Shown here: positions 9,261 to 17,016 of the stretch, piece by piece
Layout: each line of letters starts with the position of its first letter
Position numbering within the stretch: the first letter of the stretch is position 1
NCBI GenBank assembly: GCA_934667575.1
Contig: CAKUME010000001.1
Location: 1-32,934, forward strand
Reading direction: 5' to 3'
DNA: 32,934 nucleotides
From: an uncultured Eubacteriales bacterium
Lineage (GTDB): Bacteria > Bacillota > Clostridia > Oscillospirales > Acutalibacteraceae
The notes under the pieces: model-generated
The model's database searches: none
Seen by the model: the letters and a program-made list of their open reading frames with translations, nothing else
Told to the model about the DNA's origin: nothing
Made by a program: the position numbers and the translations under genes

Positions 9261-9311
9261 AAAACGCCGCGCGGCGGGCTTTTGCCTGCCGCACAGCGTC
9301 TGCGTTTTTTT
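9259..9311. terminator. Composite bidirectional terminator between convergent AraC and LOG genes
   Basis: The core hairpin is GGCGGGC-tttt-GCCTGCC (9273-9290). Outer complementary arms AAAAAACGC / GCGTTTTTT place an A6 run on one side and a T7 run on the other. Confidence 0.5.
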
Positions 9312-9315
9312 ACGT

Positions 9316-9882
9316 TTACACCGGTTTTTGGGGCTCCGCCGGGGGCTGCGGACGCGCCAGCGCATCCAGCAGTGCGGCTCCGTCGTCCGTCACGGTGAAC
9401 AAATCGAAGCATTGCTCGCCCAAAAAGCCCTCGTCGGCCGCATGGCGCATGGCGGCAAGCAGCGGGTCGAAATACCCGCGCACATTGAACACCGCAATGG
9501 GCTTGTTGTGCCGCCCCAGCTGCCGCAGCGTGAGCACTTCAAAAAATTCCTCAAATGTGCCGATGCCGCCCGGCGCCATAATGAATGCGTCCGAGAGCTG
9601 CTCCATTTTTTCTTTGCGCTCGCGCATCGTTTCGGTGCGGATCAGCGTGGTGCAGCGCGCAAACAAAATGCCGTCCGACTCAAAAAAGCGCGGTGCAACG
9701 CCGCAAACGGTGCCGCCCGCCGAAACCGCCCCGCGCGCGGCTGCGCCCATCAGCCCGTGGCCGCCGCCGCCAAACACCAGCCCGTGGCCGCGCCGGGCAA
9801 GCTCCGCCCCCAGCGCTTCGGTTTCCGCAATGTATTCCGGCGCAATGTCATCACTGGACGCGCCGTAAACACAAATGTTCAT
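9316..9882 (-). CDS. LOG / TIGR00730-family Rossmann protein (nucleotide 5'-monophosphate phosphoribohydrolase-like)
   Basis: ORF trimmed to ATG 9882 (MNICVYGASS...), 6 nt after GGGGAG. The motifs GGGGHGLMGA and PGGIGTFEEFFE (PGGxGTxxE) are present. Confidence 0.85.
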   Translation of the reverse strand: MNICVYGASSDDIAPEYIAETEALGAELARRGHGLVFGGGGHGLMGAAARGAVSAGGTVCGVAPRFFESDGILFARCTTLIRTETMRERKEKMEQLSDAFIMAPGGIGTFEEFFEVLTLRQLGRHNKPIAVFNVRGYFDPLLAAMRHAADEGFLGEQCFDLFTVTDDGAALLDALARPQPPAEPQKPV

Positions 9883-9970
9883 CTGTGTCTCCCCTTTTAT
9901 GTTGTTTTGTGATTCCGCTTTTTTCATGAGCATGGGTGTTCAACGGCCCGGGCGGTGCGCATCCGCACCG

Positions 9971-11161
9971 TTACCGGCGCAGCGCCGCCGAAAATTCCTC
10001 GCCCAAAATGCGAATGCCCTCCGTAATGCGCTCGTCGGTCATGGTGGAATAATTCAGCCGCAGGCCGCTGCACGGCGCGTCCATGTCCGTCATAAACGTG
10101 CTGCCCGGCACAAACACCACCTTGCGTGCTAGGCACGTCGGCGCGAGCTTGGCCGTGTCGATGCCGTGGCCCAAATCGCACCAGATAAACAGGCCGCCGT
10201 TCGGGCGCGTCCAATGTGCGTCCGCCGGGAAAAATTCGTCCATCGCCCGGAGCATGGTTCCGCATTTTTGGCGATAAAGCGCCCGCATGCGAACGATCAG
10301 CGCATCCAGATCGTAGCGCTTCATATATTCCGCTGCAAGCAGCTGCGTGAGCATCGGCGTGTGCACGTCCTCCACCTGCTTGGCGACCACGAGCTTTTGC
10401 ACCAGCGTCCGGTTGGCGCACACAAAGCCCAGCCGCAGCCCCGGCGCCAGAATTTTGGAAAACGATCCGCAATACACCACGCGGCCGTCGGTGTCGAGCG
10501 TTTTGATCGGCGCGGTTTTCTCGCCGTCGAACGTCAGCTCGCCGTAGGGATTATCCTCGATGATGATCAAATGGTGCCGGCGCGCAATTTCATACACCGC
10601 GCGGCGGCGCGCCGCCGGCATGGTCACGCCCATGGGGTTTTGGAACGTGGGAATGGTGTAGATCACCTTGCCGCCCGGGTTCGCCGCAATGGCGCGTTCG
10701 AGCGCGTCGGGCTGCATGCCCGCGTCGTCCATCGCCACGCCCACCAGCTTTGCGCCGAACGAACGGAACGCGTTGAGCGCGCCGATAAAGCTCGGCTCCT
10801 CCACAAACACCACGTCGCCCTCGTTCACCAGGTTTTTCGCCGTGAGGTCAATGCCCTGCTGCCCGCCCGAAACGATCAGCACTTCATCGTCGGGCGAACC
10901 GATGCCGTCGCGCTGTAGGCGCGCCCGCACCGCATCGCGCAGCGGGCCGTAGCCCTCGGTCACGCCGTATTGCAGCGCCGTCACGGGCTCGTGCGCGAGC
11001 ACGTCCGCCGCAATTTCCGCCAGCTCCTGCGCCGGAAACAGCTCGGGCGCCGGGTTGCCGCCCGCCAGCGAAATATAGCTCGGGTCGCCCGCCACCTTAA
11101 AAATCTCCCGAATCGCGGAGCCCTTGAGCCCCTTCATCCGGTTCGAAAATTCATATTCCAT
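9971..11161 (-). CDS. PLP-dependent aminotransferase (class I/II, Aro8/LysN-like)
   Basis: MEYEFSNRMKGLKGSAIREIF...LAGGNPAPELFP...CGSFSKILAPGLRLGF contains the PLP lysine in SFSK. ATG 11161 is 9 nt from GGAAGGG. The alternative ATG 11170 abuts the SD. Confidence 0.85.
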   Translation of the reverse strand: MEYEFSNRMKGLKGSAIREIFKVAGDPSYISLAGGNPAPELFPAQELAEIAADVLAHEPVTALQYGVTEGYGPLRDAVRARLQRDGIGSPDDEVLIVSGGQQGIDLTAKNLVNEGDVVFVEEPSFIGALNAFRSFGAKLVGVAMDDAGMQPDALERAIAANPGGKVIYTIPTFQNPMGVTMPAARRRAVYEIARRHHLIIIEDNPYGELTFDGEKTAPIKTLDTDGRVVYCGSFSKILAPGLRLGFVCANRTLVQKLVVAKQVEDVHTPMLTQLLAAEYMKRYDLDALIVRMRALYRQKCGTMLRAMDEFFPADAHWTRPNGGLFIWCDLGHGIDTAKLAPTCLARKVVFVPGSTFMTDMDAPCSGLRLNYSTMTDERITEGIRILGEEFSAALRR

Positions 11162-11209
11162 GTTCGTCATCCCTTCCGCCGCGCTGCGCGTGCACAGCGC
11201 ACTGATACC

Positions 11210-11238
11210 ATTTTAGCACAGCTTGTGCCGCAATGCAA
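11210..11238 (-). promoter_or_regulatory. Putative promoter of the aminotransferase gene
   Basis: Minus strand TTGCAT (11238-11233), 17 nt, TAAAAT (11215-11210), with an extended -10 TGc. Confidence 0.45.
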
Positions 11239-11287
11239 TCAACTTGCGCACAAAAACCCAAAAAATCGGCTTTTGTGCCTCGGGCCG

Positions 11288-12013
11288 CTACCGCACCGCA
11301 ACCGCGCCCAGCACCTCACCCACCTTGGCGTGCAGCACCAGCTCGGCCGCCCCGTCGGCGGGCGTGGGATCGCGGTTGATCAGCACCAGATGCGCGCCGC
11401 GAAAATAGCGGATCAGCCCCGCCGCCGGATAGACCGCCAGCGACGTGCCCGCGATCAACAGGGTGTCCGCCGCCGCAATGGCCGCGACCGCCTCGTTCAC
11501 CACCGCCTCGTCGAGCGGCTCCTCATACAGCACCACCTCCGGCTTAATCACGCCGCCGCATTCCGGGCAGTGCGGCACGCCCGAAGCATGCAGCACCGCG
11601 TCGAGCCCAAACCGCGCGCCGCAGCGCATGCAGCGGTTGCGGTGCACCGACCCGTGCAGCTCCAGCACCCGTCGGCTCCCCGCCGCCTGATGCAGGCCGT
11701 CGATGTTCTGCGTCACGATCGCTTCGAGCCGGTTTGCGCGTTCCAGCTCCGCGAGCTTGCGGTGCGCCGCGTTGGGCTGCGCCTGCGGGAACAGCAAATG
11801 GTTCCGGTAAAATTCGTAGAATTCGTCGGGATGCGCCATAAAAAAGCGATGGCTCAAAATTTCCTCCGGCGGAATGCGCTGTTTTTGCCGATAAAGCCCC
11901 TCGGCCGACCGAAAATCCGGGATGCCGCTCTCGGTGGACACGCCCGCCCCGCCAAAAAATACGATGTGACGGCTGTGATCGACGATTTTCTGCAATTGCG
12001 CCCGTTCGTTCAT
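11288..12013 (-). CDS. cobB: NAD-dependent protein deacylase (sirtuin, CobB type)
   Basis: ORF 11288..12265 trimmed to ATG 12013 (MNERAQLQKIV...), 8 nt after GGAGGG. The motifs GAGVSTESGIPDFRS, TQNIDGLH and LHG are present, plus the zinc ribbon CMRC...CPEC. Confidence 0.9.
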   Translation of the reverse strand: MNERAQLQKIVDHSRHIVFFGGAGVSTESGIPDFRSAEGLYRQKQRIPPEEILSHRFFMAHPDEFYEFYRNHLLFPQAQPNAAHRKLAELERANRLEAIVTQNIDGLHQAAGSRRVLELHGSVHRNRCMRCGARFGLDAVLHASGVPHCPECGGVIKPEVVLYEEPLDEAVVNEAVAAIAAADTLLIAGTSLAVYPAAGLIRYFRGAHLVLINRDPTPADGAAELVLHAKVGEVLGAVAVR

Positions 12014-12044
12014 GCGGTTCGCCCTCCGTTTCGCGCATTTGTGT

Positions 12045-12515
12045 TTACCCTTCGTGCGGTTCGTCCGCGCGGGCCAGCTCGCGCGCCAAAATTTCCGCCG
12101 CGCAGCCCACCAGCTCCACGCACGGGCGCTTGCGGTAATATTCCGCCGTGCGTGCGTCGGGCGTGGGCGCGGTGTCGTGCGCTTCCGGCCCGCGCAGCAG
12201 CTCGCGGCAAAGAATGGAGCCGTTTTCGGCGCGGAACGCCGCCGCAACGCGCTGAATGCGCGCATAGTGCTCGGCCTTTTCGGTGCGCGCGGCCGGGTCG
12301 CTGTAGCCGCAGATCGCCCCTGCGGCCATAAACGCGCCGCTCAGCGTGCCGCACACCTCGCGCATGCGCCCCATGCCGCCGCCGAACGACGAGGCCAGCC
12401 GCGCCGCCAGCTCGGGCGGCAGCCCGGTTTCGTCGCCGAACGCCAGCAGCACGGCCTGCGCGCAGTTATAGCCCTGCTGAAAAAACGCCTTCGCTTTTTG
12501 TGCATGAATATCCAT
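12045..12515 (-). CDS. C_GCAxxG_C_C family putative redox-active protein
   Basis: The family signature is present: YNCAQAVLLAF, CGTLSGAFMA and spaced C-terminal cysteines (CRELL...PCVELVGC). Its stop is 31 nt upstream of the cobB start, so the two are probably co-transcribed. Confidence 0.8.
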   Translation of the reverse strand: MDIHAQKAKAFFQQGYNCAQAVLLAFGDETGLPPELAARLASSFGGGMGRMREVCGTLSGAFMAAGAICGYSDPAARTEKAEHYARIQRVAAAFRAENGSILCRELLRGPEAHDTAPTPDARTAEYYRKRPCVELVGCAAEILARELARADEPHEG

Positions 12516-12585
12516 GATTCCCCATTCCTTTCGTTCCTTATGTCCCGGCCTTCACCGCGCGCCGGGGCGTTTGCATTCAATCTAT

Positions 12586-12614
12586 ATTATACTCCTCCGC
12601 GCGCGCGGCTGCAA
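12586..12614 (-). promoter_or_regulatory. Putative promoter of the C_GCAxxG_C_C-cobB operon
   Basis: Minus strand TTGCAG (12614-12609), 17 nt, TATAAT (12591-12586). Confidence 0.45.
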
Positions 12615-12722
12615 TGCTTTTCGGCATTTTTTGCGCCGTTTTGCCCGCCGACGGCATGCGCCGGCGGGTTCCACGCCCGTGCGCAATATTTGAAACTTGC
12701 CGCAGTTTTTTACATTTTGCTC

Positions 12723-12750
12723 TTGACAAATGCCCGCGAACGCGTATAAT
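12723..12750 (+). promoter_or_regulatory. Putative deoR-family gene promoter
   Basis: TTGACA (12723-12728), 16 nt, TATAAT (12745-12750). Confidence 0.55.
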
Positions 12751-12787
12751 AGGGTTGTAATTTGCATTTGTGTGGAGGTTGTTGTAT

Positions 12788-13582
12788 TTGTTTGCAAACG
12801 AACGATATGCCGCCATCCTGCGTCGGCTGCAGGCGCAGGGCTCCGTGACCGTTGCGGAGCTCATGGAAGCCTTTGGCGTTTCCATTGAAACCGTCCGGCG
12901 CGACCTCGCGCACCTGGAAGCGCAAAACGCGCTTGCGCGCGTGCACGGCGGCGCGGTGCGGGTGGAGCAGCTGCGCCCCATGGCCGCGCTGGCGCAGCGG
13001 CGGCTCGAATGCCCCGCGCAAAAGCGCGCGGTGGCCAACGCCGCGGCGGCGCTGCTGCACGAAGATGATTGGATCTTTCTCGACAGCGGCAGCACGGCGC
13101 TGCTCACCGCGCAGGCGCTCCGCGCGCGGTTCCGCCACCTTTCCGTGATCACCAACTCGCTGGAGGTGTTTTCGTGCCTGGCGGAGGGCGGCGACTTTTC
13201 GCTCTACCTCGCGGGCGGCGAATACATGCCCGCCGAGCAGGCGTTTTTTGGCGCGCAAACGCTGAGCTTCATCCGCTCGTTCCACACCGTGCACGCATTG
13301 ATCTGCCCCTCCTCCATCTCGCTGCGCAACGGCGTTTGCGATTTTATCGCGCCGTTGATGGACGTGCAGCGCGCGATGATGGAATGCACCGACGAAACCG
13401 TATTTTTGGCCGACAGCGCCAAGTTTCAGGCGGCCGCGCCGCTGCGGCTCTGCCCGCTTTCGCCCGCCCAGCGCATCGTCACGGACGCATCGCTGCCGCC
13501 GGAGCTGGCCGCCGCGTTCCGCGATGCGTCGCTGCACATCGACTGCACCGCCGTGCCCGAAGCAGCGCCCCACCGGCCGTAA
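12788..13582 (+). CDS. DeoR/GlpR family transcriptional regulator
   Basis: The track starts at GTG 12770. I prefer TTG 12788 (MFANERYAAILRRL...), 9 nt after GGAGG (12774-12778), which gives the canonical DeoR N-terminus. The HTH is VTVAELMEAFGVSIETVRRDLAHLE and the C-terminal sugar-phosphate-binding fold includes IFLDSGST. Confidence 0.85.
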   Translation: MFANERYAAILRRLQAQGSVTVAELMEAFGVSIETVRRDLAHLEAQNALARVHGGAVRVEQLRPMAALAQRRLECPAQKRAVANAAAALLHEDDWIFLDSGSTALLTAQALRARFRHLSVITNSLEVFSCLAEGGDFSLYLAGGEYMPAEQAFFGAQTLSFIRSFHTVHALICPSSISLRNGVCDFIAPLMDVQRAMMECTDETVFLADSAKFQAAAPLRLCPLSPAQRIVTDASLPPELAAAFRDASLHIDCTAVPEAAPHRP

Positions 13583-13637
13583 TCGGCGGCATGCGGCATG
13601 CGCCGCGCGAACGGCTCCCATGCATCCTCCTTTGTCG

Positions 13638-13672
13638 CCCGTGCTTTTGGGCCGCGCGCCCGGCCGCACGGG
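13638..13672 (+). terminator. GC-rich hairpin between deoR and the MFS gene (terminator or attenuator candidate)
   Basis: The outer stem is CCCGTGC (13638-13644) / GCACGGG (13666-13672), with an inner GGCCG/CGGCC helix. It is followed by the T-rich run ATTTGTGGATTTGTGTGGATTTG. Confidence 0.35.
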
Positions 13673-13695
13673 ATTTGTGGATTTGTGTGGATTTG
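13671..13695 (+). repeat. Three tandem GGATTTG direct repeats upstream of the MFS gene
   Basis: GGATTTG occurs at 13671, 13679 and 13689. The 11-mer ATTTGTGTGGA (13681-13691) also occurs at 12766-12776 in the deoR 5' region. Confidence 0.6.
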
Positions 13696-13718
13696 AAAAA
13701 GAAAGAAGGACGATTCCC

Positions 13719-14951
13719 ATGAACAAAAAAGCGTTTCCCGGGTTTGCGCTGCTGTGCTGCCTGGTCTATTTTTGCGGCTACTTTAACCGCCTCGACTACG
13801 CCGCTGCGCTCACCGCCATTATTCAGGACACCGGCATCACCCGGAGCGCCGCGTCGGTGGCCGTCACCGGCATTTTTATCACCTACGGCGCCGGGCAGCT
13901 GCTCAGCGGATTGCTGGGCGATCGCTTTTCGCCCCGGTTCATCATCACGGCGGGGCTGATTGGCACCGCGGCGTGCAACGTGGCCATGACGCTGCCCGTG
14001 GGCGTGGCCGTGATGACCGCGGTGTGGTGCGTGAACGGCGTGTTTCAGGCCATGCTCTGGCCGCCGATGGTGCGCGCCATGGCCGAGCGCTTTTCCCCCG
14101 ATGAATACCGTCGGGCGTGCGCGTGGGTGTCGGCAGCCGCCAGCGTGGCCACGGTGCTGATCTATCTGCTGGTGCCGGCCTGTTTGGCGCTGGGCAGCTG
14201 GCGCTGGGCGTTCGTGTTTTCGGCGGTGTTTGCCGTTGCCGTCGCCGCGGTGTGGGCCACGCAATATGCCAAATTCTCCGTGCGCAGCCCCGCACCCGAA
14301 GAAGAAGCGGCCGCCGCGCCCGAACCGGCGTCCGACGGCGCGCACCCCAGCCTGCTCCGCCTGCTCTTGGCATCCGGCCTGCCGCTGGCGCTGTCGGCCA
14401 TCGCGCTTCAGGGCATTCTGCGTGACGGCGTGCTCACATGGGTGCCGGAATATGTAAAATCCGAATTTCACCTGGACGCCGGCGCATCCATTTTGTCCAC
14501 GGTCATCCTGCCGCTGTTCAGCATTTTCAGCGTGTTCGCGGCCACGGCGCTGCTGCGCGCGGTGCGCAGCGAAACGCTGGCGGGCGGGCTGTGCTTTGGC
14601 GTGGGCGCGGCGGCGGCCACCGTGCTGGCGCTCTGCCGCCCCGGCTCCATTGCCGTCACGCTGGTGCTCATGGCGCTCATTGTGGGCGCCATGCACGGAG
14701 TGAACATGATCCTCACCTGCCACATGCCTGCGCACTTTGCCGCCGTGGGCGCGGTGAGCGGCATTTCCGGCTTGGTGAACATGTTCACCTATCTGGGCAG
14801 CGCCGTTTCGGCCTACGGCATCGCCGCCTGCTCGGAGCGCTTTGGCTGGGGCTTCACCCTGACCGCATGGATGGTCGTGGCATGGGCCGGCACCGCCGCG
14901 TGCCTGTTTGTCACCCCGCAGTGGCATCGCTTTTGCCGCAAGCATGCGTGA
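13719..14951 (+). CDS. MFS transporter (organophosphate:Pi antiporter-like)
   Basis: ORF 13524..14951 trimmed to ATG 13719 (MNKKAFPGFALL...), preceded by GAAGGA. The protein has about 12 hydrophobic segments and the loop motif GLLGDRFSPRF typical of MFS TM2-3. Confidence 0.85.
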   Translation: MNKKAFPGFALLCCLVYFCGYFNRLDYAAALTAIIQDTGITRSAASVAVTGIFITYGAGQLLSGLLGDRFSPRFIITAGLIGTAACNVAMTLPVGVAVMTAVWCVNGVFQAMLWPPMVRAMAERFSPDEYRRACAWVSAAASVATVLIYLLVPACLALGSWRWAFVFSAVFAVAVAAVWATQYAKFSVRSPAPEEEAAAAPEPASDGAHPSLLRLLLASGLPLALSAIALQGILRDGVLTWVPEYVKSEFHLDAGASILSTVILPLFSIFSVFAATALLRAVRSETLAGGLCFGVGAAAATVLALCRPGSIAVTLVLMALIVGAMHGVNMILTCHMPAHFAAVGAVSGISGLVNMFTYLGSAVSAYGIAACSERFGWGFTLTAWMVVAWAGTAACLFVTPQWHRFCRKHA

Positions 14952-14988
14952 CCCCTGCACATTTCTGCATTTTTCGCCCGACAATCAC

Positions 14989-15020
14989 AAAGCGCGTGCG
15001 CAAAGGAGCGCACGCGCTTT
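14989..15020. terminator. Bidirectional terminator between convergent MFS and kinase genes
   Basis: The perfect 13-bp stem AAAGCGCGTGCGC / GCGCACGCGCTTT has the loop AAAGGA. The tails are TTTGTT on the plus strand and TTTGTG on the minus strand. Confidence 0.65.
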
Positions 15021-15052
15021 GTTAAAAAAATTGTATCCGCTTAGCCGCTTCG

Positions 15053-16087
15053 TCAGCGGTTCATCTCGCTTTGCGGCTCCGACGACAGGTGATCGCGGAT
15101 GATCCGCTCGATCTCGTGAAAATCCGAGCTCGGCAAATCACCGGGGATCGTGTCTTTCACGCTGCTCGCCGCATCGCCGAATTCCAGCGCCTTCTGCAAA
15201 TCGCCGTAGCGCAGCAGGCCGAACAGCACGCCCGAAACGTAGGCGTCGCCGCTGCCGATGCGGTCCACCACCTCAATGCCGCGGTAGGGCGGTTCGGTGA
15301 AAAACCGGTTGGTCTGCACGTCGTAAATCGTGGAAGCAAAGTCGTGCTTGTGCGGATTGATCACCGTGCGGTCGGTCGTGGCCACCACCGACACGCCGTA
15401 TTCCTCGCAATAGCTCTTCATAATTTCCGCGCGCGTGCCCGTTTTGCGGAACATGCGCCGCGACGTTTCCTCCGACACAAACAGCACATCCACCATGGGC
15501 AGAATCTGCGTGATGGTGGCGCGCGCTTCGTCCTCGCTCCACAGGTTCGCCCGGAAGTTCACGTCGAACGAGATCTGCGCCCCGTGCGACTTAAACCGGC
15601 GCATCATCTCGATCGCCGTGCGGCGGTTGTTTTCGCTCAGCGCCAGCGTGATGCCGCTCGTGTGGAACATGCGCGTGCTCGAATAAATCGATTCCGGCAC
15701 CTCGTCGGCCGAAAAACGCGTCATCGAGGAGTTGCGCCGGTCATAAACCACGTTCGGCTTGCGCGGATGCGCGCCGTTTTCGTAAAAATAAATGCCCAGC
15801 CGCGCATCGTCGCTCGAATCGAACACAATATAGTCGTCGCTCACGCCGCAATAGCGCACCCAGTTGCGAATGAACATGCCCACCGGATTGTGCGGCAGCT
15901 TGGTGATGATGCCGCACCGCAGCCCCATCAGCGACACGCCCGACGCCACGTTCAGCTCCGATCCGCCCGCCCGCTTTTCAAACACATCGCCGCGCGTAAT
16001 GCGCTCGTTGTTCGGCGGCGACAGGCGCAGCATGATCTCGCCCATCGTCAGCAGGTCAAACGCCCGCGGCTCCTTCATCATTTCCAT
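15053..16087 (-). CDS. PfkB-family sugar (acid) kinase, KdgK-like
   Basis: ORF trimmed to ATG 16087 (MEMMKEPRAFDLLTMGEIMLRL...). The motifs GGSELNVA and the PfkB signature DRIGSGDAYVSG are present. Confidence 0.85.
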   Translation of the reverse strand: MEMMKEPRAFDLLTMGEIMLRLSPPNNERITRGDVFEKRAGGSELNVASGVSLMGLRCGIITKLPHNPVGMFIRNWVRYCGVSDDYIVFDSSDDARLGIYFYENGAHPRKPNVVYDRRNSSMTRFSADEVPESIYSSTRMFHTSGITLALSENNRRTAIEMMRRFKSHGAQISFDVNFRANLWSEDEARATITQILPMVDVLFVSEETSRRMFRKTGTRAEIMKSYCEEYGVSVVATTDRTVINPHKHDFASTIYDVQTNRFFTEPPYRGIEVVDRIGSGDAYVSGVLFGLLRYGDLQKALEFGDAASSVKDTIPGDLPSSDFHEIERIIRDHLSSEPQSEMNR

Positions 16088-16136
16088 CGTGCAAAACCCC
16101 TTTCGGCGCAGCAAAATCGCGCGCCCGATTTTTTAT

Positions 16137-16177
16137 TTCACGCAGAATCCCTGCACATATTGTAATATTGCAAAAAA
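16137..16177 (+). repeat. Left, interrupted copy of a 21-nt inverted repeat
   Basis: The left arm reads TTCACGCAGAAT (16137-16148), then 18 nt, then ATTGCAAAAAA (16167-16177). The reverse complement of 16326-16346 is TTCACGCAGGATTGCAAAAAA. Confidence 0.6.
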
Positions 16178-16325
16178 CAGGGCTGCCGCAGGCAAGCGTG
16201 CTTTGGGTAGCGCAGCCTCTGCACATCATTATATCATGTGCGGCGGGCGAAGTCAACCCGCGCACGCCGCGGCCGGCGCAGCATTTTTGACTGTTCGTAC
16301 AGATTTGCACCGCTGCCCCAACCGA

Positions 16326-16346
16326 TTTTTTGCAATCCTGCGTGAA
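16326..16346 (-). repeat. Right, intact copy of the 21-nt inverted repeat, abutting the -35 of the P-loop gene promoter
   Basis: The plus strand reads TTTTTTGCAATCCTGCGTGAA and ends 4 nt before TTGACA at 16351. Confidence 0.6.
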
Positions 16347-16350
16347 GCTA

Positions 16351-16379
16351 TTGACACCTCGGCAAAAGAATGGTATAAT
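16351..16379 (+). promoter_or_regulatory. Consensus promoter of the small P-loop gene
   Basis: TTGACA (16351-16356), 17 nt, TATAAT (16374-16379), with an extended -10 TGg. Confidence 0.6.
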
Positions 16380-16451
16380 AAAGCTGTGAAAGAAACGTGC
16401 GGCTCTTTCGGCCGTGCGATCAAAAAATTTAAAATAAGGATGTGTTGACGA

Positions 16452-16883
16452 ATGGTGAATCTGATCGTTGGCCCCAAGGGCTGCGGCAAAACCAAGAAAT
16501 TCATCGAACTGACCAACAACGCTGCGCTGGAGAATCCGAACTGCGTGGTCTGCATCGAAAAAGGCTCGATCTCCACTTTTTCCGTCTCCTATAACGCCCG
16601 TTTGATCGATATCGATGATTTTGACAAAATCAACTCCTACGGCGAGCTGTTCGCATTTTTGTGCGGCCTGATCTCCGGCAACTACGATATTCACTACATT
16701 TTCATCGACGCCATTCTGCGCATCTGCGGCCGCGATATGGACGAATTCAGCCACTTCCTCACCGAGCTGAACGCATTTTCGGAGCGCAACAACGTGAACT
16801 TCACGCTCACCGTTTCGTGCACGCGCGACCAGATTCCCGCCGAAGCGCTGGAAGTCACCAAAGACCTCATCGTGCTCGCCTGA
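16452..16883 (+). CDS. Small stand-alone P-loop NTPase-like protein, function unknown (143 aa)
   Basis: Walker A is at the N-terminus (MVNLIVGPKGCGKTKK). A Walker B-like hydrophobic strand ends in Asp (DIHYIFIDA). The gene has its own promoter and terminator. Confidence 0.7.
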   Translation: MVNLIVGPKGCGKTKKFIELTNNAALENPNCVVCIEKGSISTFSVSYNARLIDIDDFDKINSYGELFAFLCGLISGNYDIHYIFIDAILRICGRDMDEFSHFLTELNAFSERNNVNFTLTVSCTRDQIPAEALEVTKDLIVLA

Positions 16884-16958
16884 GCGCCCAACATAGCAAA
16901 TATACGTAATTCGGAGCGCCGCGCGATATGCGCGCGATGCCCCAAACGGTAAAAGCAA

Positions 16959-16990
16959 ATCCCCGGCTTGCGTCAGCCGGGGATTTTTTT
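16959..16990. terminator. Bidirectional intrinsic terminator (P-loop gene on plus, phoR on minus)
   Basis: The perfect 10-bp stem ATCCCCGGCT / AGCCGGGGAT has a 6-nt loop, a T7 run on the plus side and an A-rich run upstream. It lies 27 nt beyond the phoR stop. Confidence 0.8.
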
Positions 16991-17016
16991 GCGGTGTTGC
17001 GCGCAAACGGATATGA

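Noticed and set aside
9316-12013. A SIR2-domain protein and a LOG/SLOG-like protein within 2 kb, reminiscent of Thoeris ThsA (SIR2 plus SLOG) or other NAD-depleting defence modules.
   Set aside because: The sirtuin has the full housekeeping CobB signature, including the CxxC...CxxC zinc ribbon and a length of 241 aa. The LOG protein is a canonical TIGR00730 type with PGGxGTxxE. The two are separated by an aminotransferase, lie in different transcription units, and have no TIR or effector partner and no mobile or defence-island context.
16160-16173. CcpA cre site (TTGTAATATTGCAA) upstream of the PfkB kinase.
   Set aside because: It matches the outer TGTAA...TTGCA symmetry but lacks the central CG of the cre consensus. 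It is kept only as a remark inside the inverted-repeat finding.
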